42,055 nt of DNA from a virus (lineage: Duplodnaviria; Caudoviricetes). Position 1 is the first letter of the stretch, and the number at the start of each line of letters is the position of its first letter. Location: positions 1 through 42,055 of the IMG/VR virus record IMGVR_UViG_3300020120_000284. One strand, 5' to 3'. The notes under the pieces were generated by a model. It saw only the letters and a program-made list of their open reading frames with translations, was not told the DNA's origin and ran no database searches. Positions 18,590 through 28,137 of this stretch are shown here, piece by piece. Position numbers and translations under genes: made by a program.

Positions 18590-18765
18590 AGCGACTTCCA
18601 CAGCAGGATCGGCATCACGATTGGCCATAAGGCCGACACCATGACGATCCACGGCAGGTCCCGGCAGAAGAGTCGCCAACCCAAGCGGCTGTAGTGGGCG
18701 AGGGAACCGAACGCCCACATCGAGACCAACTGACCGACCACGTAGGCCATCAACATCATGTGCAT
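18568..18765 (-). CDS. Small antisense two-TM membrane protein
   Basis: Two hydrophobic segments; fills the gap between + genes. Confidence 0.45.
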   Translation of the reverse strand: MHMMLMAYVVGQLVSMWAFGSLAHYSRLGWRLFCRDLPWIVMVSALWPIVMPILLWKSLYHSNSK

Positions 18766-18802
18766 GCGTGACGATGCCGCCGGGGTCGACCAGGATCAGG
18801 CC

Positions 18803-19375
18803 ATGCCCTCGACTGTGATTCCGTTGAGTGAAGCGGGTCCATGGGTTGCGGCCCTGGGGAAACGGATGCCCGAGGCGGCGAAGCGCGGGCTATTGGCGGC
18901 GGCCAATCGGCTGGTCGGCACGATCAAGCAGTTGGAGCTCCCGACGGACCGGGGGATCGCGCGCGCGGGCTGGCGGGCCGAGCCCATCGAGAACGGGGCG
19001 GCCGTGTTCAACACGGTGTTGCAGGCGGTCCTACAGGAGGGGTCCGTTCGGGGCGAGAACGTGAAGGTCGGGAGGGCCATGATCGACGCGCTGGCCGCTT
19101 GGGCCAGGCGCAAAGGCCTGGAGCCCGACCAAGAACAGGGTGAACGGCCGACCTCCGGGAAGGCCCGGACCGAACAGCAGGTGCAACGACGGATCAAGCC
19201 GCCGGAGGAGGCCTACCGGAGCATCGCGTTCGCCATCGCCAATTCGATGAAGAAACGTGGGATATTCCATCCCGAGCTCGGGGGATTGAAGACGTTGGAG
19301 CGGACGACCAAAACGTTGGGGCCTGATTACGTGCGACAGGAAGTCGTGCGGGAGATCCGCCGGGAGTTCATCTGA
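18803..19375 (+). CDS. Neck/tail completion protein (HK97 gp10-like)
   Basis: PTDRGIARAGW and ALAAWARRKG..IAFAIANSMKKRG patterns. Confidence 0.55.
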   Translation: MPSTVIPLSEAGPWVAALGKRMPEAAKRGLLAAANRLVGTIKQLELPTDRGIARAGWRAEPIENGAAVFNTVLQAVLQEGSVRGENVKVGRAMIDALAAWARRKGLEPDQEQGERPTSGKARTEQQVQRRIKPPEEAYRSIAFAIANSMKKRGIFHPELGGLKTLERTTKTLGPDYVRQEVVREIRREFI

Positions 19376-20088
19376 TGGCCGAAGACAAGACCTCGGTGCT
19401 CAAGTTGTTGCAGGGCTCGCCCTTCGGAGCGCTCTACCCGCCGAAGGCCGCGGTCGATCTGCCGGCAATCGACGGCCGTACCGCGTGCTTGCGGGTGTTG
19501 CGCCGCTACATCGCGGAGCTGACGTTCCACATGCCGGGGGACCGCGGGTCCGCCAACACCAGGTCGTTCAAGATCCCGCTCGAAAAGATTCACATCGAGC
19601 AGCCCGACAAGAACGTGGTGTTGGACTTCCCGTCGATCGTGTTCCTGCCGGGGGCCGGCGAGGCCCTACCGATTGGGTTGGCCACGTTCCTGGAAGAGGA
19701 GTCGTTCAACAAGTTCGCGCCCGGCACGGCCCTCCAGGTACAGAGCGAGTACCAGGAGACCTTCACGATCGAGCTCTGGGCCCGGGACAAGCCGACCCGC
19801 CGGGCCATGATGCAGCTGGAGCTGGCGTTGACCCCGACAGAACAGCAGTACGGCATCCGGTTCCGGGTCCCCGACTACTACGACCAAACGGTCTGTTTTT
19901 CGCTCCAGGGGTCGATGCGACCGGACGACCCCGACAACGTGCGGAACCGTCGGTGGGGCCACATGACCGTCGAGATGCGGTTCGACTCCGTGAGGCTCGT
20001 GAACGTCGGGACCATCAAGCCGGAGGTGTCGGTCGACGCCTACGACGGTCCTGGCAACGTTCCGGTGGGCATCGAGCTGGACGACTAG
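19375..20088 (+). CDS. Putative tail terminator/completion protein
   Basis: Immediately before sheath; FPSI, FTIELWA. Confidence 0.5.
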   Translation: MAEDKTSVLKLLQGSPFGALYPPKAAVDLPAIDGRTACLRVLRRYIAELTFHMPGDRGSANTRSFKIPLEKIHIEQPDKNVVLDFPSIVFLPGAGEALPIGLATFLEEESFNKFAPGTALQVQSEYQETFTIELWARDKPTRRAMMQLELALTPTEQQYGIRFRVPDYYDQTVCFSLQGSMRPDDPDNVRNRRWGHMTVEMRFDSVRLVNVGTIKPEVSVDAYDGPGNVPVGIELDD

Positions 20089-20161
20089 CCTGGATGGCTC
20101 GGTTGTAGCCCCTGGGGGGGCGTGACACGCTTCTTCCCGAACCACCGGAGGCTCATCGAGC

Positions 20162-22378
20162 ATGGCTAATTTTATTCGCCGATTCTTGGCTGACCCTGGG
20201 ATTGACGTCCTGATCGAGATCGAGAGCGTCAACATCCTGGATCTCGAGCCCCCGGCCGCTATCACGGGCATCGGTTCCGGCACCGCCATGATCGCGGGCG
20301 AGTTCGAAAACGGACCCTTCAACGTCGCGACCGAAGTGACGGGACCCGACGACCTCCGCTCGACCTTTGGCTCATTTGGCTACACGTACGGCGGCACCGC
20401 CGGGCAGAACCCGTGTGCACGGTCCCGTATGGCCGACGGTACCCCCACGGCGGAGTTTTGGAACGGCAACGGCATGGCGCAGCTGTCGGGCAAGCGGTTT
20501 GCTCGACTGGTGATCGTCCGGGCCGACACGAGCGTCGGGAGCGTCCAATGGACGCGGTTGGCGTCGGTCTTGGGAGTGGCACGACCCACCTACACGATCA
20601 ACACGGGCGACACTCTGTCGTTCGACCGTGGTGGTGGTGCGCTGACCGCAACGTTCACGGCGGTGGCCGCCATCCTGACGGGTGCGGGCGCTACTTACGC
20701 GAACGTCGGGGGCGAGAGCATCACGCTGCAGATCGACGGACTCCCGCAGTTCACGGCGGTGTTTCTGTCGACTGACACGACCGTCGGGACCTGTGTGTCG
20801 AGAATCAATCAGTACGCGGGCTACACGCTGGCGAGCAACAGCGGCGGGCAGATTCGTCTGACGAGCCGTCAGCTCGGCTCGGCCGCGCTCGTCAAGATCG
20901 TCTCGTACGATGCGGGCGGTACTGCCGCGAAACTCGGGTTGCCGGGCGCCCCCAGCACGACCAATGGGTCGGGCAACGTTGCCAATTCCCAGGCCGTGAC
21001 GTTCGCGGAGCTCAAGACGGTCGTGGAGGCGGCGGTCGCCAGTTCATTGGTCGACCAACTGCCCGACGGAACTCCCAGGGTTTCGAATCTCCTGCTGCCC
21101 GGCACCGGAACGTTCGCGGTGGTGGCGCCCCAGACCGCCACGAACTTCGGGTTCGTCGTTGGAACGACCAACAATTCGGCCGTCGGTAACGTCGGCACCA
21201 TCCCGGCCGGCACGGTCGTCAAAACGGCCGGCGGCGTCAAATACGTGACGATGCAGGACGTATCGGTCGCGTCCGCCACGGCCGGTCCCTACTTGGTGAA
21301 GGTTCGGCACGCGTTGGACGACGGTACTGGTGCGGCGTCGTTGGCCGTAACGATCACGGTCGTCGATAGCGTGTCGCCCGTGACGTTCGATTCGTTCGCC
21401 GTGACCAACGCGTTGCCGACGACCGCAGCGCTCACGGAGTCGCAGATCGACGCCGCCTACACGACGGCGCTCAACGCCACGACCGACATCAACACGGTCG
21501 CCAAGGAAGTGAACCTCTCGTGGTGCGCGCGTCAGTCCAACGCGGTGCGCCGCGCGGGCAAGCAGAACTCACTCGACGCGTCGGCCAACGGTTGTTTCGG
21601 TCGCATGTTCTTCATGCGGCCACCCTTGGGTACGACCAAGGCGACGGCCCAGGGCAATGCGGAGCCGGGCGTCGGTCCCTACCGGGACCAACGGGTCGTC
21701 TACAACTACCCGGGGGTCCGGACGTTACTGCCGGCGATGGCGGCGGTCGGTACCGCTGGGGGCGCGGGCTTCACGGCCGATGGCATTCTGGATGTTGGGG
21801 CAGACGGGTTCTGCGCCAGCGTCTGCAGCCAGCTGGCGCCCGAGGAAAACCCCGGGCAGGACGCCGGGCTGCTGGGCAACATCGTGGGGGTCGAGAGCTC
21901 GGTCAATGCCCAGGGCTTCACGATCGGCGACTACAAGAACTTCCGGGCCAAGGGCATCTGTGCGCCGAGGATCGACGCTGGCATCGCGTCGTTCCAATCG
22001 GGCGTCACGTCGGTCGATCCCTCGGTGTTCCCGAACCTCCGGAACATCGCGCGTCGTCGCATGGCCGACTTCATCCAGGACACCTTGGCCAACGCGCTCA
22101 AGGGGTTCGGCAAGAAGTTGTCGACGATCCGTCGACGTAACGCCATCATCGGGCAGATCCGCGGCTTCCTCAACGGGTTGCTCGCCGTTGACAACGGTGC
22201 GGCCCAGAGGATCGGGGCGTTCTCGGTGCTGACCGGCGTGAAGGCGGGCAACACGCTCGAGACCCTGGGGCTCGGGATCTACCGGGTGAAGATTGCGGTC
22301 CAGACGCTCTCGTCGCTCGACTCCATCGTCTTGCAGACGACTATTGGCGAGTCCGTGGATGTGTCGGAGGCAGCGTAA
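20162..22378 (+). CDS. Contractile tail sheath protein
   Basis: 738 aa; AGEFENGPFN N-terminal motif, FQSGVTS..RNIARRRMADFI C-terminal sheath motif. Confidence 0.85.
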   Translation: MANFIRRFLADPGIDVLIEIESVNILDLEPPAAITGIGSGTAMIAGEFENGPFNVATEVTGPDDLRSTFGSFGYTYGGTAGQNPCARSRMADGTPTAEFWNGNGMAQLSGKRFARLVIVRADTSVGSVQWTRLASVLGVARPTYTINTGDTLSFDRGGGALTATFTAVAAILTGAGATYANVGGESITLQIDGLPQFTAVFLSTDTTVGTCVSRINQYAGYTLASNSGGQIRLTSRQLGSAALVKIVSYDAGGTAAKLGLPGAPSTTNGSGNVANSQAVTFAELKTVVEAAVASSLVDQLPDGTPRVSNLLLPGTGTFAVVAPQTATNFGFVVGTTNNSAVGNVGTIPAGTVVKTAGGVKYVTMQDVSVASATAGPYLVKVRHALDDGTGAASLAVTITVVDSVSPVTFDSFAVTNALPTTAALTESQIDAAYTTALNATTDINTVAKEVNLSWCARQSNAVRRAGKQNSLDASANGCFGRMFFMRPPLGTTKATAQGNAEPGVGPYRDQRVVYNYPGVRTLLPAMAAVGTAGGAGFTADGILDVGADGFCASVCSQLAPEENPGQDAGLLGNIVGVESSVNAQGFTIGDYKNFRAKGICAPRIDAGIASFQSGVTSVDPSVFPNLRNIARRRMADFIQDTLANALKGFGKKLSTIRRRNAIIGQIRGFLNGLLAVDNGAAQRIGAFSVLTGVKAGNTLETLGLGIYRVKIAVQTLSSLDSIVLQTTIGESVDVSEAA

Positions 22379-23069
22379 CGCCGGCTGCTCGAGGTCCTGA
22401 ACGATAGAGCTCGGGTGACAACGCCTGCTCTTCCGTCAATCCTCGACTGATGCGTTGATAGAATGTTTCGCGAGAGACCGAACGGATCTTAAGCCATTCG
22501 GCCAACGTTTTGCGCTCACCCCCCACTTCAATCCATCGGGTGTTGCGGCGTGGGTGAGTGATGACCCGTGGACGACGATTGTTACTTTGCTCGGTTGCCG
22601 TTGCCCACCGAACGTTCCCCGGTTCGTAGTTCCCGTCGTTATTGGGGTAGCGGTCGAGGGAGTGATTTGGTGTGGGACGTCTTCCGACGTCTTCGAGGAA
22701 TGCCACATAGGAGTCCTTCCATCGGGAGCACACCGAGATTCCACGGGCTCCATAGTGTGGGTAGTTTCTGCAGCGGGGATTGAAACACCGCTGGTTCATT
22801 GAGTCCCAGCAACGATATTCGGGAGTACCTCCGTGCGAAGCTTCACCGTGGGTCTTCGACGCGGCACCGAGGGCCCTGCCCAATTCGATCCTGAGACACC
22901 CACACGAACGTGAGGCCTTGGTTCGGAGTGAGTTCCCGCTGACGGCACGTTCTTCATCGGAGCAAGAACACTTGCAGACCCAATATTGGGTGCGACCCTT
23001 TTTAGGACCGATGCGTATCACGGTGAGCCTTTCGAACACGAGTCCCGTAAGATCAATGAACCTCGGCAT
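22341..23069 (-). CDS. HNH homing endonuclease (family A, copy 2), antisense
   Basis: AGGAGG RBS; MPRFIDLTG..CKCSC..SCGC..SLDRYPNNDGNYEPGNVRWAT. Confidence 0.85.
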   Translation of the reverse strand: MPRFIDLTGLVFERLTVIRIGPKKGRTQYWVCKCSCSDEERAVSGNSLRTKASRSCGCLRIELGRALGAASKTHGEASHGGTPEYRCWDSMNQRCFNPRCRNYPHYGARGISVCSRWKDSYVAFLEDVGRRPTPNHSLDRYPNNDGNYEPGNVRWATATEQSNNRRPRVITHPRRNTRWIEVGGERKTLAEWLKIRSVSRETFYQRISRGLTEEQALSPELYRSGPRAAGVTLPPTHPRTRQ

Positions 23070-23123
23070 GCTGACCTCCTGGTGTTGTAGGAATGTAACA
23101 CAGGATTCGAAAGGGAACAAGAC

Positions 23124-23558
23124 TTGAGCCAAAGAATTAAGGGACAAGAAATCGTCATCAACGTCATCAATGCGGGGACCCTCGAAGATACTTTGACGGC
23201 CATAACCGATTTCAATGACGAAGATATGTTGGAGATAAAACAACAGGGATACCTGGGCGAGACCAGCAACCGGGGCGACGAGATCTACAACGGCACCAAG
23301 TTCGACCTGTCGATGCACCTGCAGACGCAGGACTGGTTCCGGTTCAAGAACGCGATTCTGGCGCGCGCCCGTCGCAAGCAGCCGGACCTCGTGTTCAACG
23401 TGACGGTCACGTACTTCTTTCCCAACGGCGACAACCCCACCGTCACGTACCCGGATGTCAATTGGGGCCCCATCCCCAAGAACATCCCGAGCCGTGGCGA
23501 CTATGTGAAGGTCAAGATGGAGGGCTTCGTCGGCTCGACTGACGACGCTCTCTCGTAA
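23124..23558 (+). CDS. Tail tube protein
   Basis: 144 aa, follows sheath; TTG start; RIKGQE..YLGET. Confidence 0.7.
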   Translation: MSQRIKGQEIVINVINAGTLEDTLTAITDFNDEDMLEIKQQGYLGETSNRGDEIYNGTKFDLSMHLQTQDWFRFKNAILARARRKQPDLVFNVTVTYFFPNGDNPTVTYPDVNWGPIPKNIPSRGDYVKVKMEGFVGSTDDALS

Positions 23559-23686
23559 GACTTGAGGCGACCGGTTCCGTAGGGGACCGGCAGGAGGCAC
23601 GGCGCAGTACGGGCCCCCGCGGGCGTACGCCTCACGGCGTGCCTCCACCCGCCCAAGGGGACCCACCAACGGTTGGTTGAAAAGCG

Positions 23687-23704
23687 CCGCGCATCGATGC
23701 GCGG
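23687..23704. repeat. Palindrome copy 4 CCGCGCATCGATGCGCGG
   Basis: Perfect 18-bp core, 12 nt before ATG 23717. Confidence 0.95.
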
Positions 23705-23716
23705 TAAGAACCGCTC

Positions 23717-24406
23717 ATGGTGGAAGCGAAACGACAGGGAACACCGCGGTCCATGCGGGAGCTGGGCGACAAGATTCGGGCACGTGAGGCGACGGCCGCG
23801 GAGGTCGCGGAGCTCGAGGGCGGCGAAACCGCTGACGACCCAACGGAAGACGAGATTGATGATCCGGAGGCCGAGGCGGATACGCGCGACGTTCCGCAGG
23901 TCATGGCGGCGGACTTCAACCCGGCGGTCGATCCGTCGAAGATTCCGGCGTGGGTGAAGATCCCGGCCGACCTAGAGTTCCCACCGACGGGCGTCACGTG
24001 GACCGCCATGAAGTTCGAACCTCAATGGACGGACCGGCCGCAGCTAGGGGAGCGGCAGTGCATCCTGTGGAACCTGTCGGTCGGGGACGAGAAGTTCTCG
24101 AGGCGGCGCGCGCGGGGCGACGGTGACGCCATGATGGACGAGCAGGCCAAGCAGATGATCCGAGCGATCGATGGCCATCGGATCAACTGGGGCAACGCCA
24201 ATGCCGTGCAGAACCCCGACCTCTTTTGGGACGAGATCGGCAAGAAGTGCCGGATGCTGATCCTCAACCACTTCATGCAGTCCCACATCCTCGACAAGGC
24301 GGAACGCATGTATTTTTTTTCCAATTGCCTCGTTGTGAGGACGGTCGTGCCTTCCTCGACGGGGCGGACGAAGACCTCGCGCACGACTCAGAGGGGACTC
24401 CGCTAG
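23717..24406 (+). CDS. Tail assembly chaperone (gpG-like)
   Basis: Between tube and tape measure; T8 slippery run at 24313-24320. Confidence 0.7.
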   Translation: MVEAKRQGTPRSMRELGDKIRAREATAAEVAELEGGETADDPTEDEIDDPEAEADTRDVPQVMAADFNPAVDPSKIPAWVKIPADLEFPPTGVTWTAMKFEPQWTDRPQLGERQCILWNLSVGDEKFSRRRARGDGDAMMDEQAKQMIRAIDGHRINWGNANAVQNPDLFWDEIGKKCRMLILNHFMQSHILDKAERMYFFSNCLVVRTVVPSSTGRTKTSRTTQRGLR

Positions 24407-24765
24407 AGCTTCGGGGGCGAAAGAGCAGGGCCTGGCCGATCGACCCTGACGATCTGACCGACCGGTTGGCCGAGCTCTCGATCCCCGGGTCCTACGACCC
24501 CAGCAACAGCAAGGCCCGGATGACCCCCCGGCACGAGCGCGCCCTGATGGTGTTGTGGCCGGCCCTGATGGTGATGGACCCGGCCGACCAAGAAAAGCAG
24601 CGGCGCCGCATGCTCACGTATTTGGGCCGTTATGGCCGCCAATCGAGCCGTGAAGAGGACTGGTGGGACACGGATCTCGAGGAGTTCAAGCTGAAGTTCG
24701 AGGACCTGTCGGAGGCCATCGGTGAGGAAAACGCCACGAGGGCCGCGACCGAAGAAGACGGGTAG
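24313..24765 (+). CDS. -1 frameshift extension of tail chaperone (gpT-like)
   Basis: Open -1 frame from TATTTTTTTTCC to stop 24765. Confidence 0.7.
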   Translation, partial: FFFQLPRCEDGRAFLDGADEDLAHDSEGTPLELRGRKSRAWPIDPDDLTDRLAELSIPGSYDPSNSKARMTPRHERALMVLWPALMVMDPADQEKQRRRMLTYLGRYGRQSSREEDWWDTDLEEFKLKFEDLSEAIGEENATRAATEEDG

Positions 24766-24774
24766 CCTTCTGGG

Positions 24775-25257
24775 ATGGCCGAGCGGGCAGGTAGTGAGGG
24801 ATTTTGGGAGCACGTGCGATTTGTTTCGCCAGAACAGCGGGCCCGCATGACGCAAAAGCAGCGCGAGGTCCGAGCCGCCATGTCGCCGGAACAACGAGCG
24901 GCTTACAACAAGACCCACACGGAATACAGAGCAAAGGCTCACAAGCTGCATCCCGAAAGAGAACGCGATTACCAACGCAGAATCAAAACACCAAAGCGGG
25001 CGTGGAATCACCGGGATTGGATGTTGCGCTCCAAATATGGGCTGACCATCGAGCAGTACAACGAAATGGTTCAGCAATGTGATGGGCGATGTCACCTGTG
25101 CCACCGTAAATACGACAAATTGGTCATCGACCACTGCCACAAGACAGGCAAGGTTCGCGGTCTATTATGCAACCGGTGTAATCTTGGGTTGGGTCACCTA
25201 GGGGATTCACTAGAGGGTGTTCTTCTGGCTCTGAAGTACATGGAAGGACACAAGTAA
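24775..25257 (+). CDS. Endonuclease VII-like homing endonuclease
   Basis: KYGLTIEQY..CHLC..IDHCHKTGKVRGLLCNRCN. Confidence 0.9.
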   Translation: MAERAGSEGFWEHVRFVSPEQRARMTQKQREVRAAMSPEQRAAYNKTHTEYRAKAHKLHPERERDYQRRIKTPKRAWNHRDWMLRSKYGLTIEQYNEMVQQCDGRCHLCHRKYDKLVIDHCHKTGKVRGLLCNRCNLGLGHLGDSLEGVLLALKYMEGHK

Positions 25258-25259
25258 AA

Positions 25260-27191
25260 TTGGGCGACACCGTAGAGATTCGCAGCGTATTGCGGCTGGA
25301 CGACCAATCCAGCGCGGTGGTCGACAAGCTGAAGAGCGGCTACGAGCACCTGGGCGAGCGGGTCCACGAGGTCGAGCATGAAATGGCCAGCATGCTCAAG
25401 CAGACGCTCGCGGTGGCGGCGGGCTTCCAGCTGTCCAACGGGATCGAGTCGGTCAAGGAGTTCGGACACGAGCTGATCGACGCGGCCAAAAACGCCGGCA
25501 TGGAGACCAAGCAGTTGGCCGGGGCCATCGCGATGGGCGACAAGTCGGGCCAGACGTACGAATCGTTAACCGCGAAGGCCGGCAAGCTGCACGAAGAGCT
25601 CGAGGACCTGGGGGTGGCGGCGGGTGCGTCGACGTCGTCGATTGTCGATGCCTTCACGACGATCCAGGCGCGTTCTCAGAAGTCGGCCGAAGAGGTCCGC
25701 GGCCTGACCGAACAGATGGTCTACGCGAGCCGCGCGGTACCGGGCGGGATGGAGGGTATGGCCAATTCGTTCCGCGACCTGGAGAGCGGGATCGTTCGGC
25801 CGCGCAACGCGATGGTCCAGCTGATGGTGATGACCGGCACGGTCGAGGGCTCGGCCAAGAAGGTGGCGAAGGGGCTCAACGCCATGATGCAGCAGGGGCC
25901 GGCCGGCATGGAGAAGGTGACGGCCCTGGCGGAGCAAGCGATCTCCAAAATGGCCGAGAAGATGAAGGCCGCGCCCATGACGTTCGGGCAGGTCGTCGAC
26001 TCGTTGAAGGACCTACGGGAGCAGGCGTTCGAGGCGATGGGCGGCCCCATTCTCAAAGCGATCCAGGGGCCGCTCGGCCAGCTCCGCCGGTACTTCATGG
26101 ACAACAAGAAGTCGCTCGAGGAGTGGGCGACGATGGCGGGTGAGAAGGTGGGGGTCTGGATCAATGAAGCCGCCACCAAGATCCAGGAGGGCTTCCAGTA
26201 CCTCAAGACCCACGCAACCGAGATCAAGGACGCGATCGTTTCGGCCGCGAACGTCGCGAAGTCGGTGGTCGAGTGGATCATCGCGCACCGCGAGATGATC
26301 GCGATCGCGTTCGGCGCGAAGCTGGGGATCGGGGCCCTCGGTAGTCTCGCGTCGGGCGTTGGGTCGGGCATCGGCGCGGTCAAAGGGATTGCGGCGGCGG
26401 GCGCCCCGGCCCTTGGGATCGCGGGCGGAACGGCCGCGGCGTTTGCCGCGACGGTCGCGGCGTTTGCGGCGGCCGTGGGGGCGTGGACGTGGGCGATCAG
26501 CGAGTGGAACAAGCTGCAGGACCTCACGCACGGCAAGAGCGATGCCCTGCAAAACGAAGAGGCCCGCAAAGTACGGCTCCAGCAGATGGGCGGGTCGGTC
26601 GACAAGATCAACACCAAGGAGTTCGATCAACTGCGCAAGAAGTTCGTCGAGCAGGCCGACGCCATGGGGATGACGGAGCGGGCGGCCGGCGCGTACGCCG
26701 ATAGCTTGTGGAACCAGCACCGCGCGCTGCGCGAGATGGCGGACCAGGCGGACGCCGCCGCCACCAAGGCGGATCGGGGGCAGGAATTTGAGGGCGCCAG
26801 CGACTTGGTCGTCCTGTACGACAAGGCCGTCCAAACGCACAACACCGGCATGATGCAGTACGTGGCGAACGTCCTGGCGGGCAACCAGACGCTCCAGAAC
26901 GCGTTGCTGGCGTCGGGCGCGAACGTCGAGGGCGGGTTCGACGCCCTGGGCGACCTCGTGATGGGTAAGTCCGAGGAGTTCGGCAAGATCCTGAAGGGCA
27001 TGGGGAACGATGCCGGCAAGGGCAAGCTGCCGGAAAAGATGTCGGTCAACTTCAACGGCTCGACCTTCAACATCAAGCAGGATTTCCGCGACCAGGACCC
27101 CGACCGCATCATGCTGACGTTCAAGCGGGACCTCGTGAGGGCCGCGGTCAACCGCTCACAAGCGCACGTCGGCACGAGCTTCGGTATGTAG
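25260..27191 (+). CDS. Tape measure protein
   Basis: 643 aa, helical Ala-rich with hydrophobic segment, after chaperones; TTG start. Confidence 0.75.
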   Translation: MGDTVEIRSVLRLDDQSSAVVDKLKSGYEHLGERVHEVEHEMASMLKQTLAVAAGFQLSNGIESVKEFGHELIDAAKNAGMETKQLAGAIAMGDKSGQTYESLTAKAGKLHEELEDLGVAAGASTSSIVDAFTTIQARSQKSAEEVRGLTEQMVYASRAVPGGMEGMANSFRDLESGIVRPRNAMVQLMVMTGTVEGSAKKVAKGLNAMMQQGPAGMEKVTALAEQAISKMAEKMKAAPMTFGQVVDSLKDLREQAFEAMGGPILKAIQGPLGQLRRYFMDNKKSLEEWATMAGEKVGVWINEAATKIQEGFQYLKTHATEIKDAIVSAANVAKSVVEWIIAHREMIAIAFGAKLGIGALGSLASGVGSGIGAVKGIAAAGAPALGIAGGTAAAFAATVAAFAAAVGAWTWAISEWNKLQDLTHGKSDALQNEEARKVRLQQMGGSVDKINTKEFDQLRKKFVEQADAMGMTERAAGAYADSLWNQHRALREMADQADAAATKADRGQEFEGASDLVVLYDKAVQTHNTGMMQYVANVLAGNQTLQNALLASGANVEGGFDALGDLVMGKSEEFGKILKGMGNDAGKGKLPEKMSVNFNGSTFNIKQDFRDQDPDRIMLTFKRDLVRAAVNRSQAHVGTSFGM

Positions 27192-27247
27192 CTGGTTGAG
27201 GGCCTGGCCCCAGGGTGTAAGACTGGGAAAGGCGAAACGGAGAGATC

Positions 27248-27460
27248 ATGCAATTCGGAAAACGACCATTCCCCCCACAGGCGTCTCCTTCGGACGAGTC
27301 TTCCTCGGAATCCTCGAGTCCCGAGGCTTCGTCGATGGAGTCGTCGTCTTCGGAAGAGGCTTCGAGCCCGTCGGCCGCCAGTCCTTCGGCCTCCCCCTTC
27401 CCCCCCAAGGGTGGGAAGCCCAAGATGGGGCGTGGCCTGATGGCGTGGGCCAAGAAATAG
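27248..27460 (+). CDS. Small Ser/Glu-rich disordered protein
   Basis: GGAG RBS; poly-Ser/Glu core with PFPP on both sides. Confidence 0.55.
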   Translation: MQFGKRPFPPQASPSDESSSESSSPEASSMESSSSEEASSPSAASPSASPFPPKGGKPKMGRGLMAWAKK

Positions 27461-27465
27461 GCCGA

Positions 27466-27483
27466 CCGCGCATCGATGCGCGG
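27466..27483. repeat. Palindrome copy 5 CCGCGCATCGATGCGCGG
   Basis: 18-bp core inside larger imperfect stem ATAGGC...GCCTAT, between convergent stops. Confidence 0.95.
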
Positions 27484-27485
27484 GC

Positions 27486-28121
27486 CTATCGTTGGGGCGG
27501 CTCTGTGAGCGCTCGTTCGACAGACCAGCCCATTCGAAGGCGTTGCCAGATTCGTAGACGGGTCGAGCCTAATTCTTCCGCCCAGGCCGAGATGCACTGA
27601 GTTTTTGCATTGAAGGTCAGCAGGACGGCCGTCCTACGATTTCGGGATTGCTCCTTTTTGGTGGCCCACCGGACGTTGCCGGGTTCGTAGTTGCCGTCGT
27701 TGTTGGGGAACCGATCGATAGACCAATCGGGACCCGGTCTCGGTCCTACGTACGCGTAAAAAGCTTCGAAGGAAGAAACCCAGTCCGGATGAACCCGAAT
27801 CCCGCGACCCCCATAGTTTGGATAGGCCTCGTTGTTGGGGTTCAAGCAGCGGTCTTTTAGGTGTTGCCAGACGTAAAAGGTTGGGTTCTTCCTTCCACCG
27901 GGAAGTCTCGACAGACCATGAGTCGTTTTCACGGGATTGGTCTCGGTCGCCAAACACCCGCAGGACTTGGTGTTACCTGACTTGAGGTTGCTGGGTGGGA
28001 CCTCCGTTTGGTTTCCACACTCACAAGCACAGCCCCAACGTAGTCGTTTGCCTGGAACCTTGATCCTGGTGTGCGCCGTTAGACGTCCAAACTTCTGGCC
28101 CGTGAGATCCTCATCTCGCAT
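27486..28121 (-). CDS. HNH homing endonuclease (family A, copy 3), antisense
   Basis: DLTGQKFGRL..CACECG..SCGC..YGGRGI..SIDRFPNNDGNYEPGNVRWAT. Confidence 0.85.
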   Translation of the reverse strand: MRDEDLTGQKFGRLTAHTRIKVPGKRLRWGCACECGNQTEVPPSNLKSGNTKSCGCLATETNPVKTTHGLSRLPGGRKNPTFYVWQHLKDRCLNPNNEAYPNYGGRGIRVHPDWVSSFEAFYAYVGPRPGPDWSIDRFPNNDGNYEPGNVRWATKKEQSRNRRTAVLLTFNAKTQCISAWAEELGSTRLRIWQRLRMGWSVERALTEPPQR

Positions 28122-28137
28122 TTGCTAGGCTCATGAC

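Noticed and set aside
20162-20215. A/T-rich 5' codons of sheath (also capsid and 16610 genes) as scars of lost nucleases
   Set aside because: 5' A/T enrichment is normal for translation initiation in high-GC genes and no relic terminus was found
22341-23669. 442-aa ORF as a single protein
   Set aside because: The first 200 codons are the antisense of the tube gene region; the likely start is ATG 23069 with AGGAGG
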